Of a stretch of 64,000 nucleotides of DNA, positions 45,577-56,656 are shown piece by piece. How positions within the stretch are numbered: the first letter of the stretch is position 1; every line of letters begins with the position of its first letter. This DNA comes from an uncultured Gammaproteobacteria bacterium (lineage in GTDB: Bacteria; Patescibacteriota; Patescibacteriia; UBA9934; GWF2-40-263). Made by a program: the position numbers and the translations under genes. The notes below the pieces were generated by a model that had not been told where the DNA came from, made no database searches, and saw only the letters and a program-made list of their open reading frames with translations. The stretch spans positions 12,715 through 76,714 of the forward strand of contig CAYNRK010000004.1 in NCBI GenBank assembly GCA_964399675.1, given 5' to 3'.

Positions 45577-47433
45577 ATGACCGATCAAAAGCAAATTCGG
45601 AATTTTTGCATTATTGCACACATTGATCATGGTAAGTCGACCCTTTCGGATCGGCTTCTTGAATTTACCGGCACAGTTGAAAAGAGAAAAATGCAAAATC
45701 AGATTTTGGATACAATGGAGCTGGAAAGGGAGAAAGGAATTACAATAAAGCTTGCGCCGGCAAGGATGGAGTATGACTACACACCAATAACCCCCCCTAA
45801 CCCCCCCTTGAAAAGGGGGGGAACTTACGTTCTCAATCTAATTGATACTCCGGGTCATGTTGATTTTAATTATGAAGTTTCTCGATCATTGGCAGCTGTT
45901 GAGGGCGCAATACTTTTAGTTGATGCAACTCAAGGTGTGCAAGCGCAAACCATTGCAAATCTTTTTTTGGCCATTGAAGAGGATTTAGAAATTATCCCTG
46001 TTCTTAATAAGATCGATCTTCCGGCAGCAGATGTTCCAGCACGAACAAAAGAAATTGTGAAACTTATTGGATGTGATCCAAAAGAGGTTTTGGCTGTAAG
46101 TGGAAAAACAGGCGAAGGTGTTGAAGCGCTTCTTGATGCAATTGTTAAGCGCATTCCAGCACCAAAAGGAAATACAGATGCGAATCCTCGAGCTTTGATT
46201 TTTGATTCTTTTTATGATGACTACCGTGGAGTCATGGCTTATATTCGCATGGTAGATGGTTTGCTTGAGAAAGGTTCAAAAATTGAAATGATTGGAACAA
46301 GTGCGCGCGCTGAAGTGTTGGAAATAGGGGCTGTTACTCCAAATGGACTAAAACCAAGTCCTGAATTTTCAACCGGGCAAATCGGTTATGTTGTCACAGG
46401 GCTTAAAGATATTTCCGCATGTCGAGTTGGTGATACTATAACTTCGGGAACCCCCCCTAACCCCCCCTTGAAAAGGGGGGGAACGTCACCGCTTCCGGGC
46501 TATAAAGATGTAAAGCCAATGGTTTTTGCTGGAATGTTTCCGCAAGAAGGTAATGACTTTCAAAAGTTAAGAGAAGCAATTGAAAGGCTAAAATTAAATG
46601 ATTCAGCGTTGATTTATGAACCAGAACACTCACCGGCGCTTGGTTATGGATTTCGGTGTGGGCTTTTGGGAATGTTGCATTTGGAGATTTTAAAAGAACG
46701 ACTTGAGCGTGAGTTTAATTTGGAACTTGTTGTTACTGTTCCATCAGTTGCGTATCAGGTTCATCAGCGTTCCAAAGAAATGATTATAATCAAGAGTCCG
46801 CTTGATCTTCCGGATCCGTCACATATTGATTTTATTGAAGAGCCATGGGTAAAATTAGATATTGTTACACCAACGGATTATGTTGGTGCTGTAATGCAGT
46901 TGGTGCAGGATAGGCGCGGTACTTACAAGAACACAGAATACCTTTCTGAGAATCGGGCGATTTTGCATTACGAGATTCCGCTTTCAATGATCATTGTTGA
47001 TTTTTACGATAAACTTAAAGGAGTAACAGCCGGATACGCATCAATGAATTATGAGGTCATTGATTATCGTGAAGCAAATGTTGTGCGTATGAATATTTTA
47101 GTGGCTGAGGATACTGTTGATGCGTTTGCTACACTTGTCTATCGAGATGAGGCGGATAAGGCTGGACGGAGAATTGTGAAGTCACTTAAAGAATCAATTC
47201 CGCGAGCAAACTTTGTAATCAAACTGCAAGCCGCTGTTGGTGGTAAGATTGTTGCAAGTGAAAGAATTTCCGCAGTTCGAAAAGACGTGACTGCAAATTT
47301 GTATGGAGGTGACGTAACACGGAAGCGCAAACTGCTTGAAAAGCAAAAGAAAGGAAAAGCTAAAATGCTAGCTCATGGAAAAGGAAAGGTAAATATTCCA
47401 ACGAATGCATATTTGAATGTTTTAAAAAGATAG
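45577..47433 (+). CDS. lepA: elongation factor 4
   Basis: FCIIAHIDHGKSTLSDRLL G1 motif and LepA-specific C-terminal domain. Two in-frame family-C insertions (PPNPPLKRGGT) at 45789..45825 and 46449..46485. Confidence 0.9.
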   Translation: MTDQKQIRNFCIIAHIDHGKSTLSDRLLEFTGTVEKRKMQNQILDTMELEREKGITIKLAPARMEYDYTPITPPNPPLKRGGTYVLNLIDTPGHVDFNYEVSRSLAAVEGAILLVDATQGVQAQTIANLFLAIEEDLEIIPVLNKIDLPAADVPARTKEIVKLIGCDPKEVLAVSGKTGEGVEALLDAIVKRIPAPKGNTDANPRALIFDSFYDDYRGVMAYIRMVDGLLEKGSKIEMIGTSARAEVLEIGAVTPNGLKPSPEFSTGQIGYVVTGLKDISACRVGDTITSGTPPNPPLKRGGTSPLPGYKDVKPMVFAGMFPQEGNDFQKLREAIERLKLNDSALIYEPEHSPALGYGFRCGLLGMLHLEILKERLEREFNLELVVTVPSVAYQVHQRSKEMIIIKSPLDLPDPSHIDFIEEPWVKLDIVTPTDYVGAVMQLVQDRRGTYKNTEYLSENRAILHYEIPLSMIIVDFYDKLKGVTAGYASMNYEVIDYREANVVRMNILVAEDTVDAFATLVYRDEADKAGRRIVKSLKESIPRANFVIKLQAAVGGKIVASERISAVRKDVTANLYGGDVTRKRKLLEKQKKGKAKMLAHGKGKVNIPTNAYLNVLKR

Positions 47434-47534
47434 TATGAAAAAGAAAACAAAGTTCCGAATCTTTTGGGGTGTTGTTGGGGGAATGGTGATCATCAGCATG
47501 GTCATGTTTACGGTTGCTATTGGTTTTGGGCTCT

Positions 47535-47615
47535 AGTTGTCATCCCGAGCGAGGCGCAGCCAAGCCGAGGGATCTCGCATATTCGAGATTTCTCCGCTCG
47601 CTGTGCTCGGTCGAA
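47535..47615. repeat. family-A palindromic element
   Basis: gtcatcccgagcgaggcgcagccaagccgagggatctcgcatattcgagatttctcc..tcgaaatgac. Confidence 0.8.
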
Positions 47616-49355
47616 ATGACAAAAAGAATGCAGTGGCGTGTTGCTGAGAAAATTTTAGAGGAAATCAAAAAACAGTTTCCGGAGATTGATCCGGCTGTTT
47701 TGCAATTATTGTTTAATCGCAACATTAAAACACAAGAAGAGATTGATGTTTATTTAAGTCCGGATTGGAGCCGAGACACTTTTTCACCTCATCTGTTTAA
47801 CAACATGAGTGAGGCGATCAAAAGAGTGTTTGATTCACTTGAGGCCGGTGATGTTATTACTGTTCATGGAGATTATGATGCAGACGGCGTATGCGCTTCG
47901 GCAATTCTAATATCAACACTTAAAGAAATTTGTCGAGAATTTGATTTTGATAAATTAAAAATCACTTCATATATTCCGCATCGCGAAAAAGAGGGTTATG
48001 GCATGTCTGTGGAAACGATTGAGCATCTTCATGAACACGACAAGACAAAACTTGTAATTGCTGTTGATTGCGGAATTAGCAACAAGCCGGCGGTTGATCG
48101 CGGAAAAGAACAGGGAATGGATACGATTATTTGTGATCACCACACAATGCCGGAAGAATTACCTGATCAAGCAATTCTGATTCATCCGTTGGTTCCAGGT
48201 GAAAAGTTTCCAAACAAGCATCTTTGTGGCACAAGTGTGGCGTTTAAGCTTGCAAGCGCTTTGTTGGATGAGGCGCGAACACGCGGGGCATCGTTTCCGG
48301 CGGGTTATGAAAAGTGGCTTTTAGATTTGGTTGCAATCGCAACTGTGACAGATGTTATGCCGCTAACAGGAGAGAATCGTGTGCTTGAAAAGTATGGTCT
48401 TTTGGTTTTGAATAAAACACGAAGAAAAGGCATTCAGAAACTTATTGATATTGCAGGTTCAAAAAAGGGCAAGCTTGATACTGTTTCGATTGGTTTCCAA
48501 CTTGGTCCTCGGATTAACGCAGCCGGAAGAATGACGCATGCCAATGAGGCGCTTGCGCTTATGGTTGAGGAAGATGATTTGCAAGCAACAAAGTTTGCAA
48601 TGCAATTGAATGATCGAAATAAAGAACGACAAGCAGCTTCTCAACAAATGTATTTGCAAGCAAAAAAACTTGTAAAAGACCCTGGCGATCAAAAGTTGTT
48701 GATTGTGTGTCAACAAGGTTGGCCAGCAGGGCTTGTGGGTTTGGTTGCCGGAAAGCTTGTGAATGAGTTTCATGTACCAACGTTTGTTGTTGGACAAGAT
48801 GGTGAAAAATTTGTTGGCTCAGGTAGGAGTATTAAAGGATTTGATATTACAAAGGCCATGCATGCAGCATCGGAACATCTTGATCGATTTGGTGGACATC
48901 CGGAAGCGTGCGGCTTTTCAACCACTGGTCAGGATCGATTTGAAAAAGCAAAAAGTGTAATGCTTGAATATGCTCAAACACAGATTAAAGATGAAATGCT
49001 TTTGCCAATCCTAAATATTGACGCAGAAATTGATTTTAAAGATGTTACATGGGATTTGCAAAAAGAGCTTGAAAAGTTTGAGCCATTTGGTAAGGGGAAT
49101 CCGCAGCCGATTTTTGCCAGCAAACAAGTTGAGGTTGTAGACAAAAGATATGTTGGGGCTGATGGAAAACATTTACGACTGACGGTTCGTTCACCGCGTG
49201 GTACCATAATGAAAATGATTGGGTTTCGATTTGGTGAAATGTTTGATCAACTCGAAATCGGAAAACCAATAGACGTTGCTTATGAGATTGGTGTTAATGA
49301 GTGGAATGGTAATAGGGAATTGCAATTAAAGATTGTGGATATTAAATTGAGGTAG
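47616..49355 (+). CDS. recJ: single-stranded-DNA-specific exonuclease
   Basis: DHH motifs (VHGDYDADGVCA; CDHH), DHHA1 and an OB-fold C-terminus. Track start 47514 is repeat read-through. Confidence 0.85.
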   Translation: MTKRMQWRVAEKILEEIKKQFPEIDPAVLQLLFNRNIKTQEEIDVYLSPDWSRDTFSPHLFNNMSEAIKRVFDSLEAGDVITVHGDYDADGVCASAILISTLKEICREFDFDKLKITSYIPHREKEGYGMSVETIEHLHEHDKTKLVIAVDCGISNKPAVDRGKEQGMDTIICDHHTMPEELPDQAILIHPLVPGEKFPNKHLCGTSVAFKLASALLDEARTRGASFPAGYEKWLLDLVAIATVTDVMPLTGENRVLEKYGLLVLNKTRRKGIQKLIDIAGSKKGKLDTVSIGFQLGPRINAAGRMTHANEALALMVEEDDLQATKFAMQLNDRNKERQAASQQMYLQAKKLVKDPGDQKLLIVCQQGWPAGLVGLVAGKLVNEFHVPTFVVGQDGEKFVGSGRSIKGFDITKAMHAASEHLDRFGGHPEACGFSTTGQDRFEKAKSVMLEYAQTQIKDEMLLPILNIDAEIDFKDVTWDLQKELEKFEPFGKGNPQPIFASKQVEVVDKRYVGADGKHLRLTVRSPRGTIMKMIGFRFGEMFDQLEIGKPIDVAYEIGVNEWNGNRELQLKIVDIKLR

Positions 49356-49378
49356 ATACCGAACGTCCCCCTTTTCAA

Positions 49379-49475
49379 GAAATACTAACCACCCCTAACC
49401 CCTCCTTGAAAAGGAGGGGAATAATGCATGTCGGTTGAAAGTTCTCCCCCTTTTTAAGGGGGAGTTAGAGGGGGT
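49379..49475. repeat. family-C palindromic element (aaccacccctaacccctccttgaaaaggaggggaa) plus second hairpin tctccccctttttaagggggag
   Basis: Direct repeat of 49852..49892. The same core sits in frame inside lepA, ligA, pilD and the RimK-like gene. Confidence 0.85.
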
Positions 49476-49488
49476 TATGATTTTGGAT

Positions 49489-49848
49489 ATGTATAACGAA
49501 CTTTTCAATAAAAAAGAAAAGAAAACTTTCAGACAAAAATTACGAACTGATCCAACAGCAGCAGAAAAACAGTTGTGGCCACATCTGCAAGGTAGACAAA
49601 TAGAAGGATTGAAGTTTCGGCGTCAGCATGGAATCGGAAAGTATGTCGTCGATTTCTATTGTCCTGAAATCAAACTTATTATAGAGGTTGATGGTGATTC
49701 ACATTTTGAACCTGGAGCTCAAGAAAAAGATGTTGAACGAGAGAGAAGTCTTATTAATAGTGGTTTTCGAGTTTTGCGCTTTACCGATCGTGACATTTTT
49801 GATTCGATGGAAGATGTGATTGAAATTATAAAATCAAATTTATACTAG
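49489..49848 (+). CDS. DUF559 / Vsr-like (PD-(D/E)xK fold) endonuclease-domain protein, copy 1
   Basis: ..KFRRQHGIGKYVVDFYCPEIKLIIEVDGDSH..RVLRF.. pattern of the very-short-patch-repair-like DUF559 family. Start set after the repeat-derived 18 codons. Confidence 0.7.
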   Translation: MYNELFNKKEKKTFRQKLRTDPTAAEKQLWPHLQGRQIEGLKFRRQHGIGKYVVDFYCPEIKLIIEVDGDSHFEPGAQEKDVERERSLINSGFRVLRFTDRDIFDSMEDVIEIIKSNLY

Positions 49849-49851
49849 AAA

Positions 49852-49892
49852 TACTAACCACCCCTAACCCCTCCTTGAAAAGGAGGGGAACT
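49852..49892. repeat. family-C palindromic element
   Basis: gaaatactaaccacccctaacccctccttgaaaaggaggggaa. Confidence 0.85.
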
Positions 49893-49903
49893 TTCCAAAA
49901 ACT

Positions 49904-50302
49904 ATGAAACTAACTATTTTTACTGACGGTGGTTCAAGAGGGAATCCCGGACACGCGGCTTCTGCTGCTGTGTTAAAAAATTCTGCTGGAGAAACAGTTG
50001 CAACCGTATCAAAGTACCTTGGTAAAACAACAAACAACCAGGCTGAATACACTGCAATTGTTTTGGGTCTTCAAAAAGCAAAGAAAATGAAAGCCACAGA
50101 AGTGCAGGTTTATATGGACTCAGAACTTGCTACAAAACAGCTCAATGGTCAGTACAAGGTGAAGAATCCCGGTATTGCTGAGCGGTTTTTGGAAGTTAAA
50201 AATCTTATGCACGCTTTTAAACGTGTGAAGTTTTCACATGTAAGACGTGAAAAAAATAAGGAATCCGATGCTTTAGTAAACAAAGTTTTGGACGAATTGT
50301 GA
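49904..50302 (+). CDS. rnhA: ribonuclease HI (small RNase H-like)
   Basis: IFTDGGSRGNPG..TNNQAEY..D(S)..D catalytic DEDD arrangement. Confidence 0.75.
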   Translation: MKLTIFTDGGSRGNPGHAASAAVLKNSAGETVATVSKYLGKTTNNQAEYTAIVLGLQKAKKMKATEVQVYMDSELATKQLNGQYKVKNPGIAERFLEVKNLMHAFKRVKFSHVRREKNKESDALVNKVLDEL

Positions 50303-50317
50303 TATAATAATTCCATT

Positions 50318-51433
50318 ATGGGATTGTTTGGAGGTAAAAAATCAAATACGTTTTTAGGCGTTGATGTTGGGGCAAGCAGCATCAAAATTATTGAATTTGC
50401 AAATGTAAAGGGTCGTGCCAAACTAATGACTTATGGTTATGTTGAAGTTCCTGTTGCTGAGTCTGGCGAGTCTTTGTTGGATACTCCAAAACGAACAGGG
50501 GAGTTGCTTCAAAAGGTTTGCAAAGATTCCGGATGTAAATCAACCAGTGCAATGGCAGCACTTGCTTCATCAGCTGTGTTTTCAACAATCCTTTCTATTC
50601 CAAAAGCAAAGGATAAAAAAATGATGAAACCGCTTATTGATGCAGAGCTTGAAAAGCTCACCCCGCTTCCTTTGACTGAAATGATTACGTATTCGACATT
50701 TTTAGATGAAGAGAAAGAAAAAAAACCAGAAGGAAAAAAGAAGGAAGTTGAGAAAGTTGAAAAGAAAGATGAGACAAAACACTCGCGCGTACTTGTCACA
50801 GCTGCGGCAAAAACATTGGTTCAAAAATATATTGAAATTTTCCGTGTTGCAAAACTTGAGCTTCAGGCTTTGGATACAGAATCGTTTGCGCTTATTAGAT
50901 CGCTTATTGGAAAAGACAAAGGATCAATCATGATTATTGATCTTGGGTCCAAACGAACAAATCTAACAGTTGTTGAAAAAGGAATTCCTTTTATTTCACG
51001 TAGCATCAACATTGGGGGCGACTCAGTCACAAGAAAGATAATGGAAACAATGCAACTTTCAGAGACTGATGCAGAGCGAATGAAACGTGATCTTGGTCAA
51101 ATGAGCGGAGAAGGTTCTGATCTTCCAGGAGGCTTGCCAAAAATTTTAGAGTTTTTTATCCAGCCATTAGTAAATGAGATTCGATACACGTTTGAGCTTT
51201 ATGCAAACACAGAGCTTACAGACAGAAAGTCGATTGATAAAATTGTTCTAACCGGTGGTGCATCAAACTTGCCGCGCGTCCCAGAGTATTTGGCTGAGGC
51301 TCTGAATTTAAATGTATATCGCGGTGATCCATGGGCACGTGTTGTTTTTCCAAATGATCTGGCATCTGTTTTGGAAGAGATTGGTCCAAGGATGAGTATT
51401 TCAATAGGACTCGCAATGCGAGACATAGAATGA
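50318..51433 (+). CDS. pilM: type IV pilus assembly ATPase-like protein PilM
   Basis: Actin-like fold. N-terminus LGVDVGASSIKII. Followed by pilin and prepilin peptidase genes. Confidence 0.75.
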   Translation: MGLFGGKKSNTFLGVDVGASSIKIIEFANVKGRAKLMTYGYVEVPVAESGESLLDTPKRTGELLQKVCKDSGCKSTSAMAALASSAVFSTILSIPKAKDKKMMKPLIDAELEKLTPLPLTEMITYSTFLDEEKEKKPEGKKKEVEKVEKKDETKHSRVLVTAAAKTLVQKYIEIFRVAKLELQALDTESFALIRSLIGKDKGSIMIIDLGSKRTNLTVVEKGIPFISRSINIGGDSVTRKIMETMQLSETDAERMKRDLGQMSGEGSDLPGGLPKILEFFIQPLVNEIRYTFELYANTELTDRKSIDKIVLTGGASNLPRVPEYLAEALNLNVYRGDPWARVVFPNDLASVLEEIGPRMSISIGLAMRDIE

Positions 51434-51447
51434 TAGAATCTAATAGT

Positions 51448-51960
51448 ATGAAAAACAAAAAAGGCTTTACTTTAGTAGAAATTTTAGTGGTTGTTGCCAT
51501 TATTGCGCTTGTTGGAACAATGGCAGCTGTTGCTGTTAATTCAGCGCGGTCAAAACAAAGAGACGCAACTAGGCTTTCAAATGTAAGACAGCTTCAGTCA
51601 GCAATGGAAGATTTCTTTAATGAAAGCAATCATTATCCAAACGGCGATCTAACTCCACTTGGGGACGCCTCAATCAGTTCTTGTTTGAGTACAACTGGAT
51701 TCCATGGAGACTGTTCACTTGATTCCGCCGTGTTTCTTAGAGTGGTTTCCGGTACATATGAAAAAGGTCTTGATGGTGTTGTTACCTGCGGTGATCCGGC
51801 ACGAAATGCACTTTGTTACACACAACTCAAAGAAGGTGATGCATATGTAATTCATTTTGAACTGGAGAATGGTTTGGCTGCAGTTGGATTGCAGCAAGGT
51901 GTGAACTGTGCAACACCAAACGGAATGTTTGCCGGTGTGTGTGCTGAAGAAGTTGAATAA
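51448..51960 (+). CDS. type IV pilin / pseudopilin with prepilin N-terminal methylation domain
   Basis: MKNKKG|FTLVEILVVVAIIALV is a class III signal peptide. Confidence 0.8.
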   Translation: MKNKKGFTLVEILVVVAIIALVGTMAAVAVNSARSKQRDATRLSNVRQLQSAMEDFFNESNHYPNGDLTPLGDASISSCLSTTGFHGDCSLDSAVFLRVVSGTYEKGLDGVVTCGDPARNALCYTQLKEGDAYVIHFELENGLAAVGLQQGVNCATPNGMFAGVCAEEVE

Positions 51961-51963
51961 AAT

Positions 51964-52734
51964 ATGACACTCTTCATACTTTTTCTTTTAGGAATTTGTG
52001 TGGGGAGTTTTTTAAATGTTGCGATTTTTAGAGCGCATGAAGACGAGAAGTTGCGTGGGCGTTCAAAGTGCATGAAATGTGAGATTCCAATCGGTGCTAA
52101 AGATTTGGTGCCGGTTTTAAGCTACTTGTTGCTAAAAGGTAGGTGTAGAAATTGCAAACAAGTTTTCTCATGGCAATACCCAGCAGTTGAGCTTGCAACC
52201 GGATTGCTTTTTATAATTCCCCCCCTTATCAAGGGGGGGTTAGGGGGGGTTAGCTTTGATTTATTGCCGATCCTAATCCGCGACTGGGTTTTCATTTCTT
52301 TTCTAATAATCATTTTTGTTTACGATCTAAAGCACATGTTGATTTTGGATCGTTTTACAATTCCAGCAATGATATTTGCTTTGATCGCAAACCTTTGGAT
52401 TGGAATCATTCCAGCATGGTTATTGTTGCTTGGGGCAGTTGTGTTAGCAGGATTTTTTTACATTCAGTTTTTGATTTCAAAAGGCAAATGGATTGGAGGG
52501 GGAGATATTCGACTTGGAGCACTCATGGGATTTATGCTTGGACTCCAGTATGGATTGGTTGCTTTGTTTTTAGGATATGTATTTGGTGCTGTGTTTGGTT
52601 TGATTTTGATGGCGCTTAATAAAGCCAATAAAAAAACAATGATTCCTTTGGGAACATTTTTAACCATTTCAACGCTCATAACTCTTTTTTACGGGCACAA
52701 CATTCTTGATTGGTATTTAGGGTTTTTCGTCTGA
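51964..52734 (+). CDS. pilD: prepilin peptidase (A24 family)
   Basis: N-terminal CxxC..CxxC zinc module (CMKC..CRNC) and a polytopic A24 domain. In-frame family-C insertion at 52218..52253 (..PPLIKGGLGGV..). Confidence 0.8.
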   Translation: MTLFILFLLGICVGSFLNVAIFRAHEDEKLRGRSKCMKCEIPIGAKDLVPVLSYLLLKGRCRNCKQVFSWQYPAVELATGLLFIIPPLIKGGLGGVSFDLLPILIRDWVFISFLIIIFVYDLKHMLILDRFTIPAMIFALIANLWIGIIPAWLLLLGAVVLAGFFYIQFLISKGKWIGGGDIRLGALMGFMLGLQYGLVALFLGYVFGAVFGLILMALNKANKKTMIPLGTFLTISTLITLFYGHNILDWYLGFFV

Positions 52735-52740
52735 TACTGA

Positions 52741-52890
52741 ATGTCCCCCTTTTCAAGGGGGACTACAGGGGGTTAGCATTTCATAAGCATAACCACCCCT
52801 AACCCCTCCTTGAAAAGGAGGGGAATAATGCATGTCGGTTGAAAGTTCTCCCCCTTTTTAAGGGGGAGTTAGAGGGGGTTAGCATTTTGA
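52741..52890. repeat. family-C element cluster (gtcccccttttcaagggggac; aaccacccctaacccctccttgaaaaggaggggaa; tctccccctttttaagggggag)
   Basis: Paralogous to 49379..49475. Confidence 0.85.
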
Positions 52891-52892
52891 AT

Positions 52893-53252
52893 ATGTATAA
52901 CGAACTATTTAATAAAAAAGACAAGAAAACTTTTAGACAAAAATTACGTACTGATCCAACAGCAGCAGAAAAGTTGTTATGGTTGCATTTGCAGGGTAAG
53001 CAAATGGAAGGATTAAAGTTTCGGCGGCAGCACGGAATCGGAAAGTATGTCGTTGATTTCCATTGTCCTAAAATTAAACTTGTTATTGAGGTTGATGGTG
53101 ATTCGCATTTTGAATCAGGAGCTCAGCAAAAAGATTCCGAACGAGAGCAATATCTAATCAACAAAGGTCTTCGAGTTTTACGGTTTACTGATCGTGACAT
53201 TTTTGATTCGATGGAGGACGTTGTTGAAATTATTCAATCAAACTTATACTAA
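52893..53252 (+). CDS. DUF559 / Vsr-like endonuclease-domain protein, copy 2
   Basis: About 90% identical to copy 1 at protein level (alignment by eye). Confidence 0.7.
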   Translation: MYNELFNKKDKKTFRQKLRTDPTAAEKLLWLHLQGKQMEGLKFRRQHGIGKYVVDFHCPKIKLVIEVDGDSHFESGAQQKDSEREQYLINKGLRVLRFTDRDIFDSMEDVVEIIQSNLY

Positions 53253-53285
53253 CCACCCCTAACCCCTCCTTGAAAAGGAGGGGAA
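53245..53285. repeat. family-C palindromic element
   Basis: tactaaccacccctaacccctccttgaaaaggaggggaa. Confidence 0.85.
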
Positions 53286-53456
53286 GAATGCGAGATCTTC
53301 AATCAACTATTGACATTTTAGTCTTTTTTTGTTAATTTATTTTTCTCTTTGCCACAGTGTTTAGTGCACCAACTTGATGCCTTAAACGTTGTGGCAAAGG
53401 GCGCTGCTTGCGCATATCGCGTAGGAGTTTGTTGGTTGCCATGGCAAAGGAACACA

Positions 53457-54044
53457 ATGGCTGCAAGTATTGGTCAGGCATTGGAGCTCATGACAAAGCT
53501 CGCAACAGCAGTCCCGTGGGGCGAGCTGGACAAACAGTTCGTTCAAGGTCTCATCGCTGACCCAGAGATCGGTTCTGAGTTCGTCTACTTCCTTCGAAAC
53601 TGGGGCGGGTCGGTCGTCGGTGAGCAGATCATCGACCTCGAAGTCAATCCGTTCATTCCGGATGGTTCTGAGATCTGCCCCAAGGACCAGATCGACAGCA
53701 GCGTTTGCGGCAAGTTCATCTTCGACCCCGATCAGATCGAGCTACATCTCGATTCGGGTCAGGAAGACGAGGAGTCGATCCAAGGCTATGACCTGCGCAG
53801 AGCCCTTGAGGGTCAGCCGGTTTTGCCCGCACATGTTCTCGACTTCCTGCTCGAGAACCCGCACTTCATCCCGGAGAGCTGGGAGGACAAGGGGGTGTTC
53901 TTCTGGGGCACCATCTACCGCTGCTCGGGCGGCAGCCTGTATGTCCGTTGCCTCCGCTGGCGCGGTGCTAGGTGGTGCTGGCGCTACGGCTGGCTTGGCG
54001 ATCACTGGGGCTCCGACGATCCTGCTGCGGTTTCCGCAAGCTAG
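53457..54044 (+). CDS. hypothetical protein (GC-rich island)
   Basis: ORF in a roughly 60% GC block. Preceded by TTGACA-like promoter elements and a 5' hairpin ctttgccacag..ctgtggcaaag. Confidence 0.45.
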   Translation: MAASIGQALELMTKLATAVPWGELDKQFVQGLIADPEIGSEFVYFLRNWGGSVVGEQIIDLEVNPFIPDGSEICPKDQIDSSVCGKFIFDPDQIELHLDSGQEDEESIQGYDLRRALEGQPVLPAHVLDFLLENPHFIPESWEDKGVFFWGTIYRCSGGSLYVRCLRWRGARWCWRYGWLGDHWGSDDPAAVSAS

Positions 54045-54184
54045 GATCTGGGAATCTGGAGCTCTGGTTACTAAGCTCTTTGAACTCTTGACTCCTAGCT
54101 CTCAACGGCCAATCACACTCGTGAACGGTCGTTTTTCAATTTAATTATTGATTTTTAAATTATCGAAAAACTTTTTAGAAAAAA

Positions 54185-54236
54185 TACTTATACCATTCGT
54201 GACGATCGTCAGTTTTGGTATAAGTATTTTTTAGTA
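54185..54236. terminator. perfect hairpin acttatacca..tgacgatcgtca..tggtataagt flanked by A-tract and T-tract
   Basis: Third copy of the 5369/5948 element. Confidence 0.7.
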
Positions 54237-54323
54237 TCCAATAAACAGCTTGCTGTTATAGTTACAAATTGTTGGCAATAATTTTTTGTTTTTTTCGTTT
54301 TCTCAACAAGTTTTTTGTGTTAA

Positions 54324-56348
<2,025 letters not shown>

Positions 56349-56379
56349 TTTCAATCTCACTCGCGTCTTTGCTCCGTTC

Positions 56380-56520
56380 CTTCATCCTGTGTCATTGCTC
56401 TCCCCTGCGTCGTTGCGAGCCCCCTTTCGTGAAACGGGGCGAAGCAATCTCCGTAAAGAATTCCCTCGTGTCCTGCACCTTGTGTCATTGCGAGCGAAGC
56501 GAAGCAATCTTCGTAAAGAA
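56380..56520. repeat. family-A module cluster
   Basis: gtcattgc..gcgtcgttgcgagccccctttcgtgaaacggggcgaagcaatctccgt.. repeated twice. Confidence 0.8.
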
Positions 56521-56635
56521 TTATGGGGGACAGTCACGTTGTATATAATTTCGGCAGTACTCGCTTTGTTCCGTGCTGGCGAAATTATATACAACGTACC
56601 TGTTGATGGCAGACTGAGTGTTCGTCGGAGGATTG
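56521..56635 (+). repeat. family-B repeat, copy 3
   Basis: gacagtcacgttgtatataatttcggcag..ctggcgaaattatatacaa..cctgttgatgg..ttcgtcggaggattgtg. Confidence 0.8.
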
Positions 56636-56656
56636 TGGATTTTTTTAAATAGATTT

